DNA of 64,000 bases from Eubacteriales bacterium. Lineage in GTDB: Bacteria; Bacillota; Clostridia; Oscillospirales; CAG-382. The stretch covers positions 94,334 through 158,333 of the forward strand of contig JAQVPJ010000001.1 of assembly GCA_028702135.1 (NCBI GenBank), in the 5' to 3' direction. The notes under the pieces were generated by a model. The model did no database searches and was not told where the DNA came from. It saw nothing but the letters and a program-made list of their open reading frames with translations. Each line of letters opens with the position of its first letter. The stretch's first letter is position 1. Below, in pieces: positions 56,490 through 64,000 of this stretch. Position numbers and translations under genes: made by a program.

Positions 56490-56518
56490 AGTATATCAGA
56501 AAATATGTCCTAAGTCAA
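56490..56518 (-). promoter_or_regulatory. sigma-A promoter of proS
   Basis: On the reverse strand: TTGACT (56518-56513), 17 nt, TATACT (56495-56490). Confidence 0.55.
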
Positions 56519-56552
56519 TTCTTTTATTCGGAATGAATTTTTGGAGGTTTTT

Positions 56553-58769
56553 ATGAATTTCAAAAAGAAGTTTTCTGCATTTTTGCTTCTTATTATGCTG
56601 ATTATGCTGATTTTTTCAACGCTCACAATATCTGTGGCGGCAGAGTTGGAGACTTTTGAGGTTAAACTCATGCATCCTACAGGAGCGACGGTCTCCTTCA
56701 ATCCCGAGCCTGATTTCTCGGTACCGTCTGATAGTTATACTACATATACCTTTAAAACAGGAAGCGTGGTCACGATGAGTGTTTCCGCCGCGACTGGATA
56801 TAAGGTGGATTCGGTTAAAATCGGCACGGTAACGCTTCCTTATCAGTCCAGTTACCAGCTATATTCCGCCACAGAAATCACCATAAACACATCTCAGGTG
56901 CAAATGGCGGCAATTACAGTTAATTCGGGTTCGTTCACAACCGTTTTTGAGGGCGCAGACGGGGGCTCGGCTGAGATCGGTTCAAGCGTTACCCTCAGAA
57001 TAACACCCAACGAGGGATATACCGTCACAAAAATACTTTACAACGATGTGGAGGTCGGCGCAGGAAACGAATATACCTTTACGGTTGGGGAAACCAATAA
57101 TTTCGAGATAATTACAGAGGGTGCTTCTATTGTTTATGCATCTCTCGAAGTTGTTGTCAGCGAAGGTGGAAATGTTTCCGTTTCCCCCGAGGGAAGCACT
57201 TATCCTGCGGGGACATCCTTAGAGCTTACCTTTGCCGCAAGCGCTTCCTACACCCTTGCTTCGGTTACAATAAACGGAGTGGAAATCGCACCGGGGCAAA
57301 TTTCCGGCAACAAATATTCTTTTATTATAAACTCGGATACGGTAGTAACCGTTGTCTATAAAAAATCATATACAATCACAACCACGGTAGGCGTGGGGGG
57401 AAAAATATCCATAAACGGCGAGACAGTCAGCGGAAGTTCGACCGTAAAGGTTGCCGAGGGAACCGATGTGGTTTTAGTCGTAACGCCCAATCTCGGTTAC
57501 AAAGTCGCATCCGTAAGGATTGACAACATCACAGTTGCACTTAATGAGGAAAGCAGTTATACGATACCCTCTGTTTCGTCAGGCGCTAAAATACAGGTTT
57601 CGTTTGAAGCGACGACCGAAACACAATATAACATTGTCGCAACCGCGGGACCGGGCGGCACTATTTCGCCCTCAGGAAACACAAATCCCGTTGAGTCGGG
57701 TAAAAGCAAATCCTTTGAGATTTATCCCAACTCCGGATACGAAATTGATACCGTTACTGTAGACGGTAATGCGGTCGCAATATCCAATAACAAATATACC
57801 TTCAGCGGTGTTATTTCAAACCACACCATACACGCAACCTTCAAAGCCGTTTCCCCCACCTCGGACTTTATAGAACCGGAAGACATAGACTGGGCCACAA
57901 CCGGCACGATTACGATAGACATTTCGAAGCAGACAAAAGTTTCGGCAGAAGTCTTTCAAAAAATAAAAACGGATTATTCGGACAGAAAAGTCGTATTCGA
58001 ATCCGGGAGCTATAAATGGATTATACCTGAGAGCGGAGAGATAACCTGTTCATCAGCCGCAGGGGATTTTGCCATTACAGTAAACGGAGGCAGCAACTAT
58101 AATAACATCGCCAGCCTGATAAATATGAAGGTAGAGTCGTTGAACTATAAGGTTGTTACTTACGGAAGAAGCATTATTTTCCCCAAAGGCACTGAACTTG
58201 TCTTTTATATGGGCGGCGATTATAGCAACAAGCCCGTTCAGCATCTTATTTATAATGGTGCGGAAAATAAGCTGGTCAATCCGATAAACTCCTCGGGAGT
58301 ATCGGAAGTCAGCGTACAGACTGCGACCTCAGACGGTTGGGTTACCGTGATTTACAACAACGATTCTGACATTATTTTTTCCGAGGAGCTGCAAGGTTAT
58401 TATAAAATAGCCGCATCAGCTTCCGCCGGCGGAACCATTAACCCCGCGGGCAACCAGACGATTGAAACAGGCGGCGAAATTGTCTTTGAAATAAAGGCTA
58501 ATGAGGGCTATGTTATAAGCTCCTTAAAGGTTGACGGCGTTGAGGTTTCGGACGCTTTGGGTCAGACAAGTTACACATACTCTGCATTTAAAAACGTTTC
58601 GCAGGATCATACTATATCCGCCGAGTTCCTAATGCAGGAGGATTATGAGCAATCTCTGGAAAACGGTGGAAAAAATTCCGCTCTTATTGTTTCCCTGATC
58701 ATAGTTTTCCTTGCTCTTGCTTGTGCGGCAACCCTGTTTATAGTCAAGTGGCGTCAGGAAAAGTATTAA
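56553..58769 (+). CDS. cell-surface protein made of repeated InlB B-repeat-like Ig-type modules, with a C-terminal TM anchor
   Basis: Track ORF starts at 56541; the ATG at 56553 lies 7 nt after GGAGG. Signal peptide present. Modules recur with the pattern GG.I(S/N)P.G....G....F.I.PN.GY.I..V.VDG. Confidence 0.7.
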   Translation: MNFKKKFSAFLLLIMLIMLIFSTLTISVAAELETFEVKLMHPTGATVSFNPEPDFSVPSDSYTTYTFKTGSVVTMSVSAATGYKVDSVKIGTVTLPYQSSYQLYSATEITINTSQVQMAAITVNSGSFTTVFEGADGGSAEIGSSVTLRITPNEGYTVTKILYNDVEVGAGNEYTFTVGETNNFEIITEGASIVYASLEVVVSEGGNVSVSPEGSTYPAGTSLELTFAASASYTLASVTINGVEIAPGQISGNKYSFIINSDTVVTVVYKKSYTITTTVGVGGKISINGETVSGSSTVKVAEGTDVVLVVTPNLGYKVASVRIDNITVALNEESSYTIPSVSSGAKIQVSFEATTETQYNIVATAGPGGTISPSGNTNPVESGKSKSFEIYPNSGYEIDTVTVDGNAVAISNNKYTFSGVISNHTIHATFKAVSPTSDFIEPEDIDWATTGTITIDISKQTKVSAEVFQKIKTDYSDRKVVFESGSYKWIIPESGEITCSSAAGDFAITVNGGSNYNNIASLINMKVESLNYKVVTYGRSIIFPKGTELVFYMGGDYSNKPVQHLIYNGAENKLVNPINSSGVSEVSVQTATSDGWVTVIYNNDSDIIFSEELQGYYKIAASASAGGTINPAGNQTIETGGEIVFEIKANEGYVISSLKVDGVEVSDALGQTSYTYSAFKNVSQDHTISAEFLMQEDYEQSLENGGKNSALIVSLIIVFLALACAATLFIVKWRQEKY

Positions 58770-58794
58770 TGCTCATTTATAAATAGTACGAGAA

Positions 58795-58820
58795 AAAGCG
58801 GAGCCGATTAGCTCCGCTTT
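58795..58820. terminator. bidirectional terminator
   Basis: AAAGCGGAGC-cgatta-GCTCCGCTTT. Confidence 0.75.
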
Positions 58821-58860
58821 AATTGTTTCCCGAAATTCCACCTTTTCTGATGAAAATGTC

Positions 58861-61023
58861 TTATCTTGACACATAAATACAGCTGCTGTCTATGTTCTCT
58901 ATCTTTGCTTTTGCAACATGCTGATAACGAAACACATTGAATTGCCTGTCCTTAAACACTTCAAGAAACGAACGAAGGCTACTGATTACCAAAGCCTGTG
59001 TATACACGTCGGTTTGTGGTGCGAAACGGACGACTATCGCTGTTGTAAACAAGTCGTCGCTTATTGTTTTGCGGACGACATATATGTTTTTTACCTTTCC
59101 GCAGCCCGCGCTAACAGCAATGTTTAATAAATTTTCACTCATTTTCGCGGGAAGTCTTTCCGCTGAAATACGATCCTTTTTTCTGAGTATCTTAAGCTCT
59201 TTGTCGATATCTATGTTTCTTTGAAGAATTTTTGCTGATTCTGTCAAGTACTTATTTAATTCTGCTTCGTTTCCGGAATAACGACAGAACATTTTTATTT
59301 CTTCCAGTCCCTCTGCGGCATACATTCTGTTTAAACCAATTGCACGATAAACATATTCTATTCCCGTTTCGTCATATTCGTGTAGCATCCTGTAGCCGGT
59401 TAAAAGCGTTGCGTAAGCGGCTTCCTTTTCGGAAAGTGTTTGTATTGCGGTGTTTAATATACTATTTGCATCGCTGATCCTGCCGAGTAACCTGAAATAA
59501 TATGAAATTTCGGCGTAATTATGCGTATAGATCGGTTTTCCGCCTGCTTCCCAGCTCTCGATTTTGCTTTTTGGATCAAGGAACAACGCTTTGCGATTTT
59601 TCTCATAATTAACAAGTCTGTTTCGGTAAGTAATATCCTCAGCGAGCAACAACGCTTGTGAGTACTCTTTTAAATATCGCTCGGAAGGATTTCTTTGTAA
59701 GATTGTGTATTCTGAAATCCCGAGAGCTTCTATACGCGTTTTTAGTAACGGATGTGTTTCTCCCGGTAAAGATATTTCTCTTTTAATAAGCTTGTTCCAC
59801 TCGTCTTTGCGTTGTTTGAGCGAATCTTCAAACAGCTTTATGCTTTTTTTAAAGAAAAGGTTGTCGGGTTTTTCCAACGAGTAAATCGATTCATAATCGA
59901 CGTTTGTACTTTCCCATGAATAGTAATAATAATAACTGATTTTTAAAAGGAACGATGCCGCCGATGATGCGTTGCCGTATTTGATCATCGCTTCGTCTGC
60001 CGAACGTTCCATACGCTGTGAAGAGATAAAATAGAATAAGTTATAATGATAATAGTAAGCCGTATCAAGGAAAATCAATGCTGTGTTGAAAAAGCTTTTC
60101 GGTATACTGTTAATAAATAGAGCGTATTTAAACTCCACTTCGGGTATTGAGCTTTCATCGGAGCAGTGTGCGAATTCGTGAAGAAAAACATTGTATAACT
60201 CATCTTCCGAAACCTGACTAAGGAAAATAATTCCGATAAAAACCATATACATATCGTTTATTTTTACAATTTTTACGCCGCAGTCATTATCCAAAGCGAG
60301 CCGAAATGTGCCCTTGTAGCCCGTTGCTTCGGACGCTTTTTCGGCTATGCTGTATAATAGAGGATATTCGGTTTCGGACAAAACACTTTTACGTTCTGCA
60401 AAATCCTTGTCCGGCTTTCCGAATCTTTTGCGCATCAACGACGCACGGGCGGGGATCAGAGCTATAACCGCAAAAAGTAAGTATAACAAAAAATTGTTTG
60501 CAAAACCGGCATTTGACGATAATGACAATCCAAGTACCACACTAAAATATAAACTGCCTATAGCTATTGCTCCCGTTAGGGACAGGGTAAAAGCAGATAT
60601 AGCCAGTGCGAGCAAAAAGAGACCTCCGCAATTAACGCCCGCTGCGAAAGAGATTGCAAAAGCAAACGCACCCAAAGCTACCGTGCACACATAAGATATA
60701 CGCCGGATCAGCTTAATAAGAGCAAGCTCTTTAGCCGAGATTTTCTCCGCCGACTCCAAAAGCGACAAATAAAATCGATCGTTCTCCTCAATGGTTGTTT
60801 TTTTTCTGCGTTTTGTAAAATGCTTTTTGGCAATATGTCCGAAAAGGAACATAACAGCGGTTATCAGTATACAGCACCATACGATATGATTTAAAACCGG
60901 TTTTACCTCATCCGAAAAGTACCGTGAGGTAATTATTCCGCAAACCCCGCCTGCGACGACGAGCAAATACGATAAAAAGGCGATAGTGTAGCGGCGTTTC
61001 TTTTCTTTGTCCAACTTTTTCAT
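58861..61023 (-). CDS. polytopic membrane protein with an HEXXH (M48-like) metalloprotease core and a helical-repeat C-terminal region
   Basis: 720 aa. N-terminal TM helices and HEFAH within NVFLHEFAHCSDES. Confidence 0.55.
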   Translation of the reverse strand: MKKLDKEKKRRYTIAFLSYLLVVAGGVCGIITSRYFSDEVKPVLNHIVWCCILITAVMFLFGHIAKKHFTKRRKKTTIEENDRFYLSLLESAEKISAKELALIKLIRRISYVCTVALGAFAFAISFAAGVNCGGLFLLALAISAFTLSLTGAIAIGSLYFSVVLGLSLSSNAGFANNFLLYLLFAVIALIPARASLMRKRFGKPDKDFAERKSVLSETEYPLLYSIAEKASEATGYKGTFRLALDNDCGVKIVKINDMYMVFIGIIFLSQVSEDELYNVFLHEFAHCSDESSIPEVEFKYALFINSIPKSFFNTALIFLDTAYYYHYNLFYFISSQRMERSADEAMIKYGNASSAASFLLKISYYYYYSWESTNVDYESIYSLEKPDNLFFKKSIKLFEDSLKQRKDEWNKLIKREISLPGETHPLLKTRIEALGISEYTILQRNPSERYLKEYSQALLLAEDITYRNRLVNYEKNRKALFLDPKSKIESWEAGGKPIYTHNYAEISYYFRLLGRISDANSILNTAIQTLSEKEAAYATLLTGYRMLHEYDETGIEYVYRAIGLNRMYAAEGLEEIKMFCRYSGNEAELNKYLTESAKILQRNIDIDKELKILRKKDRISAERLPAKMSENLLNIAVSAGCGKVKNIYVVRKTISDDLFTTAIVVRFAPQTDVYTQALVISSLRSFLEVFKDRQFNVFRYQHVAKAKIENIDSSCIYVSR

Positions 61024-61171
61024 GTAGATTTCTCCGCATAAAAAATCCTGCGGTTACTCCTTGATTTATTGTTCTTAATATTATATACACTTCCGATAAA
61101 CGCTATAAAATCCGCCCTTTTAAGCGGATTTTTCTGTTTGGTACAGAGCATCCTGCGCTTTTCCTGATCCC

Positions 61172-62233
61172 TTATGATAAAGGATTCAGCTTGTGTGCTT
61201 CGTTAATGATTGCTATCTGCTGCCGCACCTGGTAAAGCTTTATGTCGTGCTCTCTGCCCTCTGTAAAAAGAGAGTAGATTTGGTCGTAATATGTCTCAAC
61301 TGCGGCTATGAAGGGCGCTTGCGGGTCGCCGTCCCAGCTCTCCTCATACCATTTAAGCTGTTCGGAGCAGTATGCGGGCAGTTTTTCTGCGCCGGAGGTC
61401 AAAGTTTCCCTTACAAGGACCTGCTTCGGTGCTTCTTCTTCCTTAAAGTATTTCCAGTCTATGTGAGCCATTGTCCCCTTAAGCGTTCCTCTTGTTCCCT
61501 CGACCTTGTAGGTGTAGCTCGGATAAGCGTCGCAGGAGGAAATGTCAAGGTCTATAAGCGGACGGTCGGGGGCGGTCAGTATCAGCTTTACATAATCCTC
61601 GGCGTTTCCGAAGGTGTTGCATCTGTCCATTTTGCAGAATACACTCGGCATTCCGTTATAATAATCCAAAATATTCAACGCTTGATCGAGCGGATGAGGG
61701 CCAGTGTTTGCAAGGTTTCCGCCGTTATTCTCAAGCAGGCACTGCCAGTCCCAGCGTCTTGCAAAGCCGTTGAACTGCACCCCTACATGAACTATGCGTC
61801 CCAGATTTCCGGATGCGATTACCTCCTTAACTTTAACAAAGTAGTTCGCAAACCGCGACTGCTGGAAAACGAGGAGTATGCGGTTGTTTTTCTTTGCGGT
61901 TTCACAGAGTATGTCAAATTCCTCGACGGTGGGAACGCAGGGCTTTTCGCACAGCACATTGAAGCCGTGCTCAAGCAGATCCTTTGTAATTGTGAAGTGC
62001 AGGTTGCTCGGTGTGGAATTGATTACAAGGTCTATGTCCGTTCTGCCGAATAACTGCCTGTAATCAGTATAAGTATCGCAGCCGAACTCCAACGCAGCCC
62101 TTTCGCGACGCTCCTTCAAGGGTTCAACCACTCCGACGACATGAAACCTTTCGGTGTCCTTTTTAAGGTGCAGACCGTGAATATCCCGTCCGCTTCTGCC
62201 CTGACCCATAATTACCACTCTAAGTTGATTCAT
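61172..62233 (-). CDS. Gfo/Idh/MocA family oxidoreductase
   Basis: Track ORF starts at 62263. The ATG at 62233 gives MNQLRVVIMGQGRSGRDIHG. EKP motif as CEKP. Confidence 0.75.
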   Translation of the reverse strand: MNQLRVVIMGQGRSGRDIHGLHLKKDTERFHVVGVVEPLKERRERAALEFGCDTYTDYRQLFGRTDIDLVINSTPSNLHFTITKDLLEHGFNVLCEKPCVPTVEEFDILCETAKKNNRILLVFQQSRFANYFVKVKEVIASGNLGRIVHVGVQFNGFARRWDWQCLLENNGGNLANTGPHPLDQALNILDYYNGMPSVFCKMDRCNTFGNAEDYVKLILTAPDRPLIDLDISSCDAYPSYTYKVEGTRGTLKGTMAHIDWKYFKEEEAPKQVLVRETLTSGAEKLPAYCSEQLKWYEESWDGDPQAPFIAAVETYYDQIYSLFTEGREHDIKLYQVRQQIAIINEAHKLNPLS

Positions 62234-62334
62234 TTGTGTGAACATCCTTTCACAAGCCGGCATCAGCGTGATTTTTTGCTCCTACCAGCTCTTTATTAAT
62301 GACATTATAACATGCCGTAAGCAAAAGTAAAGTA

Positions 62335-62997
62335 TTATACCGAGATTTTAATCAACTTTTTTTCAACAAGATCATATATTGCCACATAAAACACCTTAAC
62401 GCCCTGCTTTGCTCCCAACCTGTTTGCCGGATAATAAAAGGCAACCGCTTTGTCTGTGAAATAGAAATTATTGTCGGTAAAGAAGCGTTTCAAGTTTTTT
62501 CGGTATTCCTCTGTGGGAAGAACGCCCGAATTTCCCTCGGCAGAAAATCGGCTGAATAAATACTCTCTTGTTTCCGGACGAAAAACATCATTAAAAGAAA
62601 GTATAAAGCCCTTGTCCTTGTTCCAGAACTGTGATGTCCTGAGCTGGTTCTGCCCATTCTCACCGTCAAATACGCTTATATCTGTGTAAACAGATAAAAA
62701 CCGCTTGTTTTCAAATGAATTTGTATACCTCATAACTGCGCCGAGCGGACGGAAATTTTCTTTTTTGGCAAGAGTTTTTGCCCTCTCGCATAATTCTCCC
62801 TCGGCAAAGCGCAAAAAGTTATTCGCACTTTTCTCGTAAAACGGCTGTGCGTTTGTTTTCAATTTGTCCTTGTCTTTTAATATAAAACTCGGGTATGTAA
62901 TGTTTATGTGCAGCAAAACCCTGCCGTCCTCGCCGCTGATTGCTTTTTTGATTTCTTCCTGTTTTATAACCGTATTCTCGTTTCTTGTGAAAAACAT
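62335..62997 (-). CDS. DUF3298/DUF4163-type (RsiV/PdaC-like) domain protein
   Basis: 220 aa. Pattern LLHINITYPSF...VYTDISVFDG...AFYYPANRLG. Confidence 0.55.
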   Translation of the reverse strand: MFFTRNENTVIKQEEIKKAISGEDGRVLLHINITYPSFILKDKDKLKTNAQPFYEKSANNFLRFAEGELCERAKTLAKKENFRPLGAVMRYTNSFENKRFLSVYTDISVFDGENGQNQLRTSQFWNKDKGFILSFNDVFRPETREYLFSRFSAEGNSGVLPTEEYRKNLKRFFTDNNFYFTDKAVAFYYPANRLGAKQGVKVFYVAIYDLVEKKLIKISV

Positions 62998-63087
62998 AAT
63001 AAAGCCTTCCTTCTGTAAAAAAGGTTTTGTAAAACGGTATTTTTTATGCTACAACCTATTCGCAAAAGGTGATAAATATTACTCCGG

Positions 63088-63786
63088 TTATTGTCTTGTG
63101 TCAGTGCTGCCGTTGCGGTCGATAGTTTCACGGCTCGGTAAAAATGTTTCTTTTATTAACAGCATTTCCGCCGAAATTATAAATGGCGCAATAAAAGTAA
63201 GTGCGAGGTTTTTGAAAAACGCCGAATCAAATAGGGAAAAGCACACTGTTATCAAAACCGAGCTGACAAAAGCAGGCCAGATTTTTTTAAAACGACAGCG
63301 ATGCATGAAATTTAACGCAAGCGCTGTAGAGGGCGGGGATATGAATGTGAATATATACTGGTATAGGTTGCCGCTCCAAAGCGGAATCTGAGCCGTTTTA
63401 AACCCGAGTACAGAAATGAGCGCAAAAACAGCCAAAAGAAAAAAAACAGGTACCGACATCAACGTAACTGCGTTTATTCCAGAGATTTTTCTGTTCCCGA
63501 AGCACATAAATCCGCACACAATAAGCAAAAGAGCGCATAACACCCAAATGCTGACATTTTTTATATATTTATTGGTCTGCTCCAGCAGAAAAAAGACTAT
63601 GTGCATACTAAGTGAAAGTGTTACGAGCGGCATAAAAACCACCGTTTTTGTGCAGCAGCGGAAGTATACGGAAAAAAGGTACAAAAACAGCACAGTGAAA
63701 AGGAGCGTTAAAACAAAGCAAACTGCTGATAATTCCGCATAAACAAGAAATGATGCCGTCAGAACGGTCGAGAACAGAAAATACAT
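63088..63786 (-). CDS. polytopic membrane protein directly coupled to the GerA-family gene
   Basis: 232 aa, about 6 TM helices. The ATG immediately follows the upstream stop. Confidence 0.45.
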   Translation of the reverse strand: MYFLFSTVLTASFLVYAELSAVCFVLTLLFTVLFLYLFSVYFRCCTKTVVFMPLVTLSLSMHIVFFLLEQTNKYIKNVSIWVLCALLLIVCGFMCFGNRKISGINAVTLMSVPVFFLLAVFALISVLGFKTAQIPLWSGNLYQYIFTFISPPSTALALNFMHRCRFKKIWPAFVSSVLITVCFSLFDSAFFKNLALTFIAPFIISAEMLLIKETFLPSRETIDRNGSTDTRQ

Positions 63787-64000
63787 TTACGGTTTTTCCT
63801 TTCTGCCAAGAGTTTTCCGGGGCTCGGCATAAATGAAATCCTCCATACCCGCTTTGTCAAACGGCGCAATCGGGGACATATACGAAGATCCGTAACTATT
63901 TGTCGTGCTCATAATATATAACACCATAAGAGTTGCAAGAATTAATCCGTAAAAGCCTAATGTATTAGCGATAAACGAAAAAACAAACCTGAGAATCACC
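63787..64000 (-). CDS. 3' end of a GerA-family (GerAA/GerKA-like) spore germination protein; the gene continues beyond the window
   Basis: The C-terminal segment ...LGFYGLILATLMVLYIMSTTNSYGSSYMSPIAPF... is typical of GerAA C-termini. Confidence 0.6.
   Translation of the reverse strand, partial: VILRFVFSFIANTLGFYGLILATLMVLYIMSTTNSYGSSYMSPIAPFDKAGMEDFIYAEPRKTLGRKEKP

Overview
The window looks like a chromosomal segment of a spore-forming Clostridia-type Firmicute. Supporting genes are spoIIE, a GerA-family gene, a DUF1540 gene, a dockerin-bearing secreted enzyme, and the rplS-lepB-rbgA-rnhB synteny. G+C is roughly 45-52% in hand-counted core lines.

Most of the window is housekeeping: aspS, hisS, valS, proS, thrC, pcrA, radC, ackA, tmcAL, tpiA, pgk, a GldA/F/G-like ABC transporter, and sigma/anti-sigma and BlaI/BlaR1-like regulator pairs.

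Second-look items, most interesting first:
1. 18.9-22.9 kb: a consensus promoter, then a ~350-nt leader with T-box Stem I, AGUA and F-box motifs but no canonical T-box or terminator. It precedes two unusual fusion genes, a TIM barrel fused to an AMP-ligase and a type II dehydroquinase fused to a dUTPase.
2. 54.02-54.07 kb: two perfect consensus parS sites 39 bp apart.
3. 17.65-18.73 kb: a decayed Rhs-type toxin C-terminal cassette with a candidate immunity gene and a serine-recombinase fragment.
4. A 119-bp promoter/leader element present twice, at 18.75 kb and 46.02 kb. Each copy faces an accessory cassette.
5. 43.4-46.8 kb: a low-GC accessory patch with uncharacterised membrane and exported proteins plus a CPCC-family gene.
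6. 6.67-7.10 kb: a methylglyoxal-synthase-like gene lacking all four catalytic residues, inside a tightly packed eight-gene operon.
7. 27.08-27.18 kb: a 55-bp tandem duplication of a promoter, RBS and mini-ORF, in front of tandem GT-C paralogs.

I saw no rRNA, tRNA, CRISPR array or intact transposase. All calls come from reading the sequence and the ORF track by eye; no searches were run.
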